Made by a program: the position numbers and the translations under genes. A stretch of 64,000 nt of DNA from positions 10,762-74,761 of the forward strand of contig JAULZW010000001.1 in assembly GCA_032117235.1 (NCBI GenBank), given 5' to 3'. Shown piece after piece: positions 50,196 to 60,136 of the stretch. The notes below the pieces were generated by a model. That model was not told the DNA's origin and did not search any database. It saw only the letters and a list, made by a program, of their open reading frames with translations. Within the stretch, counting starts at the first letter, position 1. Every line of letters begins with the position of its first letter. This stretch comes from Minisyncoccota bacterium (GTDB lineage Bacteria; Patescibacteriota; Minisyncoccia; SW-4-49-11).

Positions 50196-50708
50196 ACATC
50201 TAATATTGGATACAAATTTGCTAATTAACATAGTAAAAAATACAGATATATTTTTAGATTTCACTAAAAAATTGAAAGCCTAAATGTAAAATCTGTAATA
50301 GATCAAAGTATTAAGTTTGAGTTTTTGAGAGGTTGTAGTACTAAAACAGATATACAGACAAAAGAAAAATGGCTAGATTATTTGTTGGGGTCTAATAGGA
50401 TGGAATTACCTGTAGATAAAAATATATTTGAAAAAGCTAGGCTTATATCTAATATATACTGTAGAAAAAACCCTAGATATCTAAAACAAATATCTTTTGG
50501 AGATTGTTTGATAGCAGCACAAATGCTTAAATATAATAACACTAGAGATTCACTTTATATAGCGACAATAGATAATAACGACTTTCCAACCTTTATATTT
50601 AATAGAGTAGAAATAATTACAATTTATGATGATAATAATATCTTTAATATAGGTATTTATGGGATTAATCAAAAGTCTTTTGCCGATAAAGAAAAAGATT
50701 TTATTTAG
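50176..50708 (+). pseudogene. PIN-domain (VapC-like) ribonuclease, frameshifted
   Basis: ATG 50176 gives HLILDTNLL and then stops. A second frame gives EFLRG, SFGDCLIAA and TIDNNDF. One extra A in the A6 run at about 50266-50271 fuses the two. Confidence 0.75.
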
Positions 50709-50900
50709 AGTTTTGTAATTAATAACTAAAGTATAGGATGAGGTATCACGAAGTGGTTGGTGTAGATTGAGCCTTGCACCTTGGAGTTTCCATGGATGTT
50801 TTCCCTCTCGTGGGGTCGCCGACTCTAAGAAAAATAGAGGGATAAACTCTCCGCTACGAAAGTCCACATATTTTCATAAAATATGATATAATAACAGTAT

Positions 50901-53477
50901 ATGAAGAAAAAAATTGTAATTCTAGATAGTAATGCGGTGATTCATAGGGCTTATCATGCTTTACCTCCTTTTACAACAGCGGAGGGAGTGATGGTGAATG
51001 CGGTATATGGATATGCTAAATTATTGTTAAAAGTTATCAAGGATATAAAGCCGGATATAGTATTAGCAGCTTTTGATGTGGCTGGAGGGACTTTTCGGCA
51101 TGAGCAATTTGATAATTATAAGGCAAATCGAGTGGCAGCAGATCAGGATTTGTATGATCAAATTCCTTTGGTGCAAGAATTAGTGCGAGGGCTCGATATC
51201 CCTGTTTTAGAGCTCGCAGGATATGAGGCTGATGATATTATTGGAACTATTGCCGAGCAAACCAATAAAAGCAAGAATGAATTGGTAATTGTGACGGGAG
51301 ATATGGATACTATGCAATTAGTAAAGCCGGGTATTTCAGTTTATACTCTTAGGAAAAGTATTAATGACACGGTAATCTTTGATACTGATGCAGTCATTGC
51401 AAAATATCAAATTAGGCCCGATCAAGTGAGAGATTTTAAAGGGTTAAAGGGTGATCCCTCCGATAATATTCCGGGAGTTCCTGGTATTGGGGATTTGCGA
51501 GCGGTGAATTTATTACATCGCTTTGAGACTTTAGAAAATATTTATATCTTTGTAGACAAATATGAAAATTTTGATGATATAGACAAAGATGACAGAGAGG
51601 CTTTGACCAAATCAATTTTTGCCAATCTGAAACAATATAAAGAACAAGCTTTTTTTAGTCGTGAGCTTGCGACAATTATATTGGATGCTCCCATTGGAGA
51701 TATTGTAAATGAGACTTTAGAATATCAATTCCCTGTAGAGCGGGCAAAAGAAACCTTTAAAAAATTTGAATTTTTCTCATTAGTAAAGGATTTGAATATT
51801 ATATTAGAAAAAGAAAAACCGAGTAAGGCTCAGGCAAGTTTTTGGAGTCAAGAAAATAAATCAATAGAATTAGAAAAGTCTATCAATACTCAATACGACT
51901 CTCTTGATGCATTAGTCTCTCAACCATTAGCCATATATCAAGCAGGAGAACATTATGCGGCAATAGATGCTGAGGGGCGGCGGGCTAAACTCAATGAAAA
52001 AGAACTCAGAGATTTGCTCTTAACCAATCAAATTCTTATTTGTGCTGATATAAAACCTATAATACGGAATTTATATCCTTTTGAACTTAAGGCTAATCTG
52101 CAGGATATTGTTTTGATGGCATATCTTATCAATCCTGGAGAGAGGCAATTATCTCTGGCGGCAGTGGCCTCAGCGTATGGAGTTGATTATCAGGAATCCT
52201 ATCCAGAAATGAGCTTGCATAGCCTATATACTATTATTCTTGAGAAGATGAAACCTCAGCATATTGAGGAGGTATACAATACAATTGAGAGACCATTATT
52301 GCCGGTGCTTGCTCGTATGGAAGCCATTGGGGTATTATTTGATACTGACAAACTTCAAAGCACTAAAGATTTTGTGGAGAATAAAATCAAAGATTTGACT
52401 CAGAAAATTTATAGTATAGCTGGAGAGGAATTCAATCTTAATTCCCCCAAACAATTATCTCAAATATTATTCACCAAATTAGCCTTATCTCCAAAAGGGG
52501 TAAAGAAAACTGGAGGAGGACAAATTTCCACCTCAGCGGATGCTCTGGAGTCAATGCGAGCAGAATTTGAAATTGTGGATTTAATTTTGCAATATCGGGA
52601 AGTTGCTAAACTTAAGTCTACCTATATTGATAGTCTACCCCTGATGATGGATAAAAAAGGCCGTATACATACCAGTTATCAGCAAAATATTGCAGCCACT
52701 GGAAGGCTTTCATCCATTGATCCAAATCTTCAGAATATCCCTGCTCGTAGTGAACTTGGTCGCCAAATTAAACAATGTTTTGTTGCTCCTAAAAACTGGA
52801 CATTATTAGCCTGTGATTATTCTCAAATAGAATTACGACTAGCCGCTCATCTGGCTCAGGACAAAGCAATGCTAGAGATTTTTAGTCAGGATCAAGATTT
52901 TCATACAGCCACAGCTCAGCGAGTATATGGAGTAAACCCGGAAGACATTACCAAAGAAATGCGTACTTTTGCCAAGACTATTAATTTTGGAATTTTATAT
53001 GGAATGGGAGCGGTAAGTCTTGCTCGCAATCTCAAAATTAGTCGTACCGAAGCGCAGGAATTCTTGGCTCGTTATCGAGAGGCTTATCCGGAACTGCATG
53101 AATATATGGAATCCTTGAAGCAATTTGCACGCCAACATGGATATGCTCAAACTGAATATGGAAGAATTCGGGATTTATCCAATATCGATATTAGAAATCC
53201 AAGAAACCAGGCTCTTTTAGAGAGAATAGCAGTAAATATGCCTATACAAGGCTTGCAGGCAGATATAATTAAATTGGCTATGATTCAGATTGATGAATAT
53301 CTAGCAGATAAAGATGATATTTATATGATTTTACAAGTCCATGATGAATTGGTTTTTGAGGTCACAAAAGACAAAGCAGAAATATATAAAGACAAAATTC
53401 TCAATATTATGGAATCAGTATATAAAGCTAGTATTCCAATTAAAGTTGGAGTAACTATCAAAGATTATTGGGGTTAA
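50901..53477 (+). CDS. polA: DNA polymerase I
   Basis: 5'-3' exonuclease (YEADD, GDPSDNIPGV), TGRLSS..PNLQNIP, DYSQIELR, K..NFG..YG and QVHDEL motifs. Confidence 0.98.
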   Translation: MKKKIVILDSNAVIHRAYHALPPFTTAEGVMVNAVYGYAKLLLKVIKDIKPDIVLAAFDVAGGTFRHEQFDNYKANRVAADQDLYDQIPLVQELVRGLDIPVLELAGYEADDIIGTIAEQTNKSKNELVIVTGDMDTMQLVKPGISVYTLRKSINDTVIFDTDAVIAKYQIRPDQVRDFKGLKGDPSDNIPGVPGIGDLRAVNLLHRFETLENIYIFVDKYENFDDIDKDDREALTKSIFANLKQYKEQAFFSRELATIILDAPIGDIVNETLEYQFPVERAKETFKKFEFFSLVKDLNIILEKEKPSKAQASFWSQENKSIELEKSINTQYDSLDALVSQPLAIYQAGEHYAAIDAEGRRAKLNEKELRDLLLTNQILICADIKPIIRNLYPFELKANLQDIVLMAYLINPGERQLSLAAVASAYGVDYQESYPEMSLHSLYTIILEKMKPQHIEEVYNTIERPLLPVLARMEAIGVLFDTDKLQSTKDFVENKIKDLTQKIYSIAGEEFNLNSPKQLSQILFTKLALSPKGVKKTGGGQISTSADALESMRAEFEIVDLILQYREVAKLKSTYIDSLPLMMDKKGRIHTSYQQNIAATGRLSSIDPNLQNIPARSELGRQIKQCFVAPKNWTLLACDYSQIELRLAAHLAQDKAMLEIFSQDQDFHTATAQRVYGVNPEDITKEMRTFAKTINFGILYGMGAVSLARNLKISRTEAQEFLARYREAYPELHEYMESLKQFARQHGYAQTEYGRIRDLSNIDIRNPRNQALLERIAVNMPIQGLQADIIKLAMIQIDEYLADKDDIYMILQVHDELVFEVTKDKAEIYKDKILNIMESVYKASIPIKVGVTIKDYWG

Positions 53478-54040
53478 TTAGTGACTTTTTCTTCGTAAAT
53501 CCCAGTTTCCGTATTAATACGAATTTTATCTCCTTGATTGATAAACATCGGAACTTTTACCTCTAAGCCTGTTTCTAATTTTACTACTTTTACGGCAGCA
53601 TCTACGGTATTACCTTTAATAGCAGGTACGGCTTCGGTTACTTCTAGCACAACTTTTGGAGGTAAATTGATAGTAATTGGTTCACCATTATAAGTTACAA
53701 TTTTGACTTTAGCGCCTTCTTGTAAATATCCAATAGTATTCTCACCTAAAGTCTCAGTATCAAAAGCATATTGCTCAAAACTTCTCTCATCCATAAAATG
53801 ATATCCCTCAGAATCATTATACAAATACTCGGCATATGATTCAGCAATATCAGCTTCTGGGAACATATCTGATTGTTTAAAATTACGCTCTTGGGTATTC
53901 TGGGTTAATAGATTACGCATTTTGACGGTAAGTACGGAACCTGCCCGTCCTTTTTTCGCTAATTGGCTAAATAAAATTAAATAAGGGGTTCCATCAACCA
54001 CAATAATTTTACCTTTTTTAATATCTGAAATTGAAAGCAT
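53474..54040 (-). CDS. efp: Elongation factor P
   Basis: EF-P architecture with KGNT, LETG and VPMFI..GD.I.INT motifs. Confidence 0.93.
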   Translation of the reverse strand: MLSISDIKKGKIIVVDGTPYLILFSQLAKKGRAGSVLTVKMRNLLTQNTQERNFKQSDMFPEADIAESYAEYLYNDSEGYHFMDERSFEQYAFDTETLGENTIGYLQEGAKVKIVTYNGEPITINLPPKVVLEVTEAVPAIKGNTVDAAVKVVKLETGLEVKVPMFINQGDKIRINTETGIYEEKVTN

Positions 54041-54158
54041 AGAATATTTCTTATATAACTTTCATATTATATGCCAAGGAGTTATAAAATGCAATAAAAG
54101 GCCGATTTATATATGAGAGTTATAGAATGCATAACCACTCTAAGTAATGACATAATTT

Positions 54159-54665
54159 TTACTTACCCCTCCAACCTTTGATCACAAATTTATAATATCT
54201 ATAAATCCAAGCACCGTATAATATGGTGAGTATAATATAAAATAATCTTAGATAAATCCAATATTTGGGGTCAAAGTTTTCGCGGAATACTAAGCCGAAA
54301 GGATACCAAGTTTCTCGGTCTAGATAATTTATGGCGAAATAATTTTGAATTGAGGTAATAAGACAACCTCCAAATAAGCTCTGAGACATTGCTACACTAA
54401 AGGTGAAACTCAAAATTAAAAGTTTGATATAAAATATAAACTTCTCAGATTTATTCTGGGGTATTATATTACGATCTGGGAAAATTTTGGGTTCTAACAA
54501 AATATATAAAGCAATAATCCAAAATATAATCCAATAAGTTGGATTGTGAATTATATCTATCCACTGATTGATTTTTAAGGCAGTTTGGCTATCCATAAAA
54601 TATAATAAATTTGCCAGAACTGTTTGTATTATAGCAATTTTATGTGATTTGTGTAAGGGGGTCAA
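54159..54665 (-). CDS. Hypothetical membrane protein
   Basis: Four hydrophobic segments, FGGCLIT motif. Confidence 0.6.
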   Translation of the reverse strand: MTPLHKSHKIAIIQTVLANLLYFMDSQTALKINQWIDIIHNPTYWIIFWIIALYILLEPKIFPDRNIIPQNKSEKFIFYIKLLILSFTFSVAMSQSLFGGCLITSIQNYFAINYLDRETWYPFGLVFRENFDPKYWIYLRLFYIILTILYGAWIYRYYKFVIKGWRGK

Positions 54666-54769
54666 AATAAATCATAAGCTGGTCCCTACTATAGGAGTGC
54701 TAGAGAATTTAATTTATAAATTTTTACATTATAAAAGAAAAAAGATCAGCTCATGGTGAGGTGATCTTG

Positions 54770-54934
54770 TTAGTCAAGAAATCTGAGGTTTGCTTTTTTT
54801 GGGAGTGTTTGGCCTTCACTTTTAGCTGTAATCTCCAACACAGATGAGTTTGAGGTTGATTTTCTGGATTCTATTTTTGACTTAGCTCGAGCAATACGAT
54901 CATCTAGAGTATCAAGATCTACATCCAAAGCCAC
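54770..54934 (-). CDS. Small hypothetical protein (54 aa)
   Basis: GTG start after a GAGGT SD-like site; MALDVDLDTLDDRIARAKSKIE...; followed by a hairpin (54742-54768) and T-tract. Confidence 0.5.
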   Translation of the reverse strand: MALDVDLDTLDDRIARAKSKIESRKSTSNSSVLEITAKSEGQTLPKKANLRFLD

Positions 54935-55032
54935 CTTTGTTTACCTCAAAAACAACTATAAAATATTATCATAATCTTAAATTCAAATCAAGATATGTTA
55001 TAATAAAAATAATAGTTAATAATTTAAAATCG

Positions 55033-56223
55033 ATGAAACATTATAATTATATTATTATTGGAGCGGGGATTGCGGGGACTAATGGGGCTATTACTATTAG
55101 AAAAGAAGCTTCAGAGGCTAGTATTGTCTTGATTGGGGAGGAGCAGTATCCAGTTTATTCTCGGGTTAATATTGGTAAAGTAGCTTCTGGGGCAAAGTCT
55201 CCAGATGAGTTATTATTAAAGACTGAGGAGCAGTTTCAAAAACAGAATATTGATAGAATTATTGCCAGAGTCAAAAGTTTGAATTCTACGAATAAGACTA
55301 TTACCTTAGATAATGGAGAAGTGCTTGGTTATGATAAGGTTCTGGTTGCTACAGGTGGGCGGGCTCGGCGATTATCGCAAGCAGGATCAGATTTGAAGGG
55401 GGTATTTGCTTTTCAGACTTTGGATGATGCGATTGGAGTGAGGGATTATATTCAGGATAAAAATAAAATTACTATTGTTGGAGGTGGTTTTATTGGGATT
55501 GAATTTGTAGAATTATTGTTTAATTTAGGTAAGGAAGTGACTTTAATTATTCGAGATAAATGGTATTGGCAAGGTATGATTGACCAAATTGGGGGAAATA
55601 TCTTGAATGAATATTTATCTAAGCGGGCAAAAGTTTATTATGAAAGTGAGACTAAAGAAATCCGGAGCAATAAAGAGGGTGAAATTAGTGAAATTGAGTT
55701 AAATTCTGGTGATATTATACCTACTGAGGCTATGTGTGTGGGGATTGGTTTAGAATTAAATAAGGATTTCTTGCCATTAGAGCTATGTAATCGTGGGCTG
55801 AAAGTAAATCAGTATTTGAGGAGTGAGGATGAAAGTATTTTTGGAGCAGGAGATATTATTGAGTATTATGATGTTTTGGAAAAACAATATACCGGTTCTG
55901 GTACTTGGGCTCAGGCTTCTATACAAGGTATGATAGCTGGATATAATATGGTTCATAGTGAGGTGATGAAGGACTTTAGTTTAATCACAGCTTATTGTCC
56001 TAAAACCAGTCTGGCAATTGCTTTTGTTGGACAATGTAGATTAAATGCTCAGACTATGCAGTCAGTGGTGATAGAGCAGGGTGAGCGATATGTGCAAGTC
56101 AATACCAATGCTAAGGGTGAAATTGTGGGTGGGGTGGTAATAGGAGATTCAGCGTATATGGCCACTATTAGAAAGTGGGTATTAGAAAGATTAAAACTAG
56201 AGAATATTATAATTAAATTATAG
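55033..56223 (+). CDS. NAD(P)/FAD-dependent oxidoreductase (rubredoxin/ferredoxin reductase-like)
   Basis: IIGAGIAG, ATG, VGGGFIGIE and FGAGD motifs; start ATG 55033. Confidence 0.9.
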   Translation: MKHYNYIIIGAGIAGTNGAITIRKEASEASIVLIGEEQYPVYSRVNIGKVASGAKSPDELLLKTEEQFQKQNIDRIIARVKSLNSTNKTITLDNGEVLGYDKVLVATGGRARRLSQAGSDLKGVFAFQTLDDAIGVRDYIQDKNKITIVGGGFIGIEFVELLFNLGKEVTLIIRDKWYWQGMIDQIGGNILNEYLSKRAKVYYESETKEIRSNKEGEISEIELNSGDIIPTEAMCVGIGLELNKDFLPLELCNRGLKVNQYLRSEDESIFGAGDIIEYYDVLEKQYTGSGTWAQASIQGMIAGYNMVHSEVMKDFSLITAYCPKTSLAIAFVGQCRLNAQTMQSVVIEQGERYVQVNTNAKGEIVGGVVIGDSAYMATIRKWVLERLKLENIIIKL

Positions 56224-56354
56224 CTTTTGTTATAAATTGACAAAACTTATTTAGTTTTGTAATGAACAATTTGTTATAATTACTAGCAACGGTAAATTTT
56301 TTATGTTTTATATGCTATAATAGATATATATGTAATTCAATAATAATAAATTTT

Positions 56355-57935
56355 GTGACGGGGAAGCAATTAGATACTTATTTTAAAGATATTATACGAG
56401 AGAGGGGAACAAGAGCCTTATATAGTATTCAGGTTTTTCTAGCTCATACTAAACCCTCTTATAGACAGGCTTCTCTTAGAGCTTTGATTAGTTTTGAATG
56501 GGATAGGGTAAATGATTTAATCACACCTTTATTACAAGACTCATCTGTCGTGGTCAAAAAAGAGGCTATTCGAACTTTAGCTCATTTTCCAGAAGGTAAA
56601 TTATATTTAGAAGTTAATCATCAAAATATTCCAGATGATTTAGCTCAATATGCTGATATTAAAGTTAAAACTCCAGCTATGCCCTCAACAGTATTGGGGG
56701 TCTACGATTTTATTCAGCAAATTAATTCAATTATTGGCGAGCAAACTGTACATATTGAAGGTGAAGTATCTGCTTTTCAGATGTCTAGCTTTGCTAATAA
56801 TCAATGGGTTTTTTTTGATCTAAAGGATGAGCAAAAAGAAGCTAAAATTAGATGTTTTACTACAGTTGCAAATTTAAGAAAATCTAGAATTTCTCCAGTT
56901 GATGGGATGCGAATTATTATTACCGGAAAACCAAGGTTGTCTCCTAAATCTGGTATTTTTAGTGTAATGGTAGACACTTTAGTAGTATCTGGGGAAGGTG
57001 AGCTTGCTAAGTCTTTTGAATTATTAAGACAAAAATTAGAATTGGAAGGTTTATTTAGTGAGGCTAGAAAGAGAGAAATCCCTTATATGCCCAAATCAAT
57101 TGGAATTATTACTTCTCAAGACGCAGCTGCCTATAAAGATTTTATGAAGGTTTTAGGGGCTAGGATGGGGGGATTGGAACTATATTTTAACCATGCTCAA
57201 GTTCAAGGGGAAAGGGCGGTGGATAGTATTATTGAAGCAATTGAAAATTTGAATACTTATGCAGAAATAGAGGTTATTGTTTTGACTAGAGGTGGAGGAG
57301 CTATGGATGATTTACATGCTTTTAATGATGAATCAGTGGCAAGAGCTATTTATGCTTCTAACAAGCCTATTATTTCGGCTATAGGTCATGAGAGAGACTT
57401 TACGATTGCGGATTTTGTAGCTGATATGAGAGCTTCTACCCCTTCTAATGCAGCAGAATTATTAACTCCACATCGAGATGAATTACTATCTAGAGTTTTG
57501 CAAAAGGAGCAAACATTACAAACTAGTATACAATATCAAATGCAAGTTCTAGAAAGTAATATAGATAAAAACTTACATATATTAGATCTATATATACGAC
57601 ATATCTCAGACCAAGTTAGACTTACAATTCAAAAACTAGAGTATTTAACAATTAAAAAATTAAATGAAATTCAGCAATATCAAAATCAAATTTCTAATAG
57701 TGTACATAATTTGAAAACTTTAATATCTACTATTGTATCTCAATCTCAGAATAAAATGGATTTATTATATTCTAAATTGTCAGCTTTTGATCCTCAATCA
57801 ATTTTAAAAAAAGGCTATAGTATTACTAAAATTTATGATAGAATTATCACAGACAGTAGTCAACTTAAAGATGGTGATATTATTACAACTCAGTTTCATA
57901 ATGGTAAAATAAATAGCATAGTCACCAAAAAATAA
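56355..57935 (+). CDS. xseA: Exodeoxyribonuclease VII large subunit with N-terminal HEAT-like extension
   Basis: IEGEVS, FFDLKD, RGGG..DDL..FN, SAIGHERD, D.RASTPS.AAE and L.KGYS motifs; about 110 extra N-terminal residues. Confidence 0.92.
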   Translation: MTGKQLDTYFKDIIRERGTRALYSIQVFLAHTKPSYRQASLRALISFEWDRVNDLITPLLQDSSVVVKKEAIRTLAHFPEGKLYLEVNHQNIPDDLAQYADIKVKTPAMPSTVLGVYDFIQQINSIIGEQTVHIEGEVSAFQMSSFANNQWVFFDLKDEQKEAKIRCFTTVANLRKSRISPVDGMRIIITGKPRLSPKSGIFSVMVDTLVVSGEGELAKSFELLRQKLELEGLFSEARKREIPYMPKSIGIITSQDAAAYKDFMKVLGARMGGLELYFNHAQVQGERAVDSIIEAIENLNTYAEIEVIVLTRGGGAMDDLHAFNDESVARAIYASNKPIISAIGHERDFTIADFVADMRASTPSNAAELLTPHRDELLSRVLQKEQTLQTSIQYQMQVLESNIDKNLHILDLYIRHISDQVRLTIQKLEYLTIKKLNEIQQYQNQISNSVHNLKTLISTIVSQSQNKMDLLYSKLSAFDPQSILKKGYSITKIYDRIITDSSQLKDGDIITTQFHNGKINSIVTKK

Positions 57936-57936
57936 T

Positions 57937-58230
57937 ATGCGAATAAATACAGTCTTACAAAAAAAATATCCAGTTAGCTCGGATATGTATAATAAAATTG
58001 AGAGTACTAAAGTTTGTATGTTGTATAATGAATTGGTACAGACTACTTTTGAGATGTTAAAGTTGTCAGAAGCTGTGTCTATTCAAAATGGGTCTCTTGC
58101 AATAGTTGTGAACTCTCATTATGAAGCTCAAAAAATAAAACTATATGAATTTGATATTATTCAAAACTTAAATCAAACCATTGATACTTTAAAGTTTCAA
58201 GTCCAAAGATTACAAATTAGAATTAGATGA
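57937..58230 (+). CDS. DciA/DUF721-like protein
   Basis: 97 aa with the pattern AVSIQNGSLAIVVNS...AQKIKL....II..LN...V..L.IR. Confidence 0.6.
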   Translation: MRINTVLQKKYPVSSDMYNKIESTKVCMLYNELVQTTFEMLKLSEAVSIQNGSLAIVVNSHYEAQKIKLYEFDIIQNLNQTIDTLKFQVQRLQIRIR

Positions 58231-58601
58231 AACAAGTTATTAAGTTTAAACAAAAATTTATTCTACAAATAGCCTATAATAGCTTGGTTAGTATATTCTG
58301 TATTGGAATTTTATTAATTATATTGAGAATACAAACTAAATATTCAGGAACTTTAATTAATTTGAGATCTAGCTTTTATGATGGAGTAACAGTTATTGGC
58401 TCTCCTACTAATGTTTGGCAATACTTAGTTTATGCTATTGTCTTTAGTATGCTCAATGGATTTTCAATTTGGTATGTTAAAAAAAGGTTTACTAAACCAG
58501 AAATTCAAGATATAATAGTTTACTGGATATTTTGTTCCAGCATTTTAAGTTTAATTCTATTAGTCTTTTATTTACTTTTGGTTTTGAGTATAAACAGTTA
58601 A
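58227..58601 (+). CDS. Small 3-TM membrane protein
   Basis: Three hydrophobic segments; overlaps the upstream gene. Confidence 0.65.
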   Translation: MKQVIKFKQKFILQIAYNSLVSIFCIGILLIILRIQTKYSGTLINLRSSFYDGVTVIGSPTNVWQYLVYAIVFSMLNGFSIWYVKKRFTKPEIQDIIVYWIFCSSILSLILLVFYLLLVLSINS

Positions 58602-58603
58602 TT

Positions 58604-60133
58604 ATGTATATTTATCCTGATCCAAAGACTAAGAATAACACTCAAAGATTTTGGCAAAGATTTTTTGAAATTTTACCTGCTGTTTTAGCTTGGGGAACTT
58701 TTGTAACTTTGATTGGCTTGTCTTTTGTTTTGCCTTTTCAAGTAGCTTTATTTGTTTTGATATTTGATTTATACTGGCTATTTAAGGCTATATATTTGAG
58801 CGTACATCTAATAGTGGCTTATCGCCAAATGAAGAAGGATATTCAGATTAATTGGCTAGCTAAAGCTAAAGCTAAAGCTGAATTTGATAGTATTCATCAT
58901 GTCGTAATGTTTTTGACTTATGATGAGTCTCCAGAAGTTTTGGCTCAAAGTATTGAATCACTTGCTAAGACGGAATATCCCTTAGATAAAATAATTGTGG
59001 TAGTAGCTACTGAGGAAAGAGAAGGATCGGCTAGACAAGAAAAAGAAAAGTATTTAATTACAAAATTCAAAGGTGTTTTTAAAGATTTGATTGTTACCAC
59101 ACATCCAGATGGAATAGAGGGAGAAATGAAGGCTAAAGGAGCTAATGCTACATATGCCGCAAAGCAGGTGAAGGACTATTTAGAACAGAATAATATATTT
59201 TTAAATCAAACTATTATATCGGTTTTTGATAGTGATACTGTTAGCCATAAGAAATACTTTGCTGCTTTGACTTATGAATTTTTGACCGTAGATAATCCTC
59301 ATAAGCATAGTTATCAACCACTGCCAATGTACCATAATAATATTTGGGACGCCCCCGCTTTTACTAGAGTTGTAGCGATTAGCTCCAGCTTTTGGCATAT
59401 GATGGAATCTGTAAGATTTGACCGTATGGTTACTTTTTCTAGTCATTCAATGAGTTTCAAGACTTTGGTTGAAGTTAATTATTGGCCAATAAATATGGTA
59501 TCTGATGATTCTGTTATTTATTGGAAATGCGTAGATTACTATAATGGAGATTATAGCGTTATTCCAATTCATATTCCAGTTTCTCTAGATGCTGTACAAG
59601 CTCACAATCCAATTCAGGCTTTTAAAAATCAATACTTTCAAATGCGCAGATGGGCTTATGGGATAGAGAACTTAGCTACTACAATGCGTTCTTATGCTAT
59701 TAATTCTAAAGCTCCATTGGGGGACAGAATTCGTAGAATATGGAATATGATTGAAGGACACTATACTTGGGCAACTTCTGCCTTTATATTAGCTATATTT
59801 ATTTGGTTTCCAATTTGGTTTGGTGGTAGTTCCTTTAAATCTACAGTTTTTTCTAATAATTTACCTAGATATGCTAGTATTATTATGAATATTACTTTAT
59901 TAGGGCTAATAATTACAGCATATATTAATATTTTATTATTACCTCCAAGGCCAAAAAGATATTCTTATTGGCGTACAGCTATGATGTATTTACAGTGGAT
60001 ATTTATTCCAGTGGTGGCTTTAACACTTGGCGCATTACCGGCTTTAGAAGCTCAAACCAGATTGTTTCTAGGTAAATACTTGGGATTTTGGGTAACTCCA
60101 AAAGTACGCACTAATACTAATTCTAAAAAATAG
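58604..60133 (+). CDS. Membrane glycosyltransferase family 2
   Basis: TYDE, KAKGAN, FDSD, SDD and QMRRWAYG (QxxRW) motifs with flanking TMs; start ATG 58604. Confidence 0.88.
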   Translation: MYIYPDPKTKNNTQRFWQRFFEILPAVLAWGTFVTLIGLSFVLPFQVALFVLIFDLYWLFKAIYLSVHLIVAYRQMKKDIQINWLAKAKAKAEFDSIHHVVMFLTYDESPEVLAQSIESLAKTEYPLDKIIVVVATEEREGSARQEKEKYLITKFKGVFKDLIVTTHPDGIEGEMKAKGANATYAAKQVKDYLEQNNIFLNQTIISVFDSDTVSHKKYFAALTYEFLTVDNPHKHSYQPLPMYHNNIWDAPAFTRVVAISSSFWHMMESVRFDRMVTFSSHSMSFKTLVEVNYWPINMVSDDSVIYWKCVDYYNGDYSVIPIHIPVSLDAVQAHNPIQAFKNQYFQMRRWAYGIENLATTMRSYAINSKAPLGDRIRRIWNMIEGHYTWATSAFILAIFIWFPIWFGGSSFKSTVFSNNLPRYASIIMNITLLGLIITAYINILLLPPRPKRYSYWRTAMMYLQWIFIPVVALTLGALPALEAQTRLFLGKYLGFWVTPKVRTNTNSKK

Positions 60134-60136
60134 TCT

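Noticed and set aside
50855-50868. GAAAGTCC resembling the RNase P RNA conserved region, and a hammerhead-like GATGA...GAAA
   Set aside because: No downstream RNase P elements before polA, and the CUGANGA core is missing.
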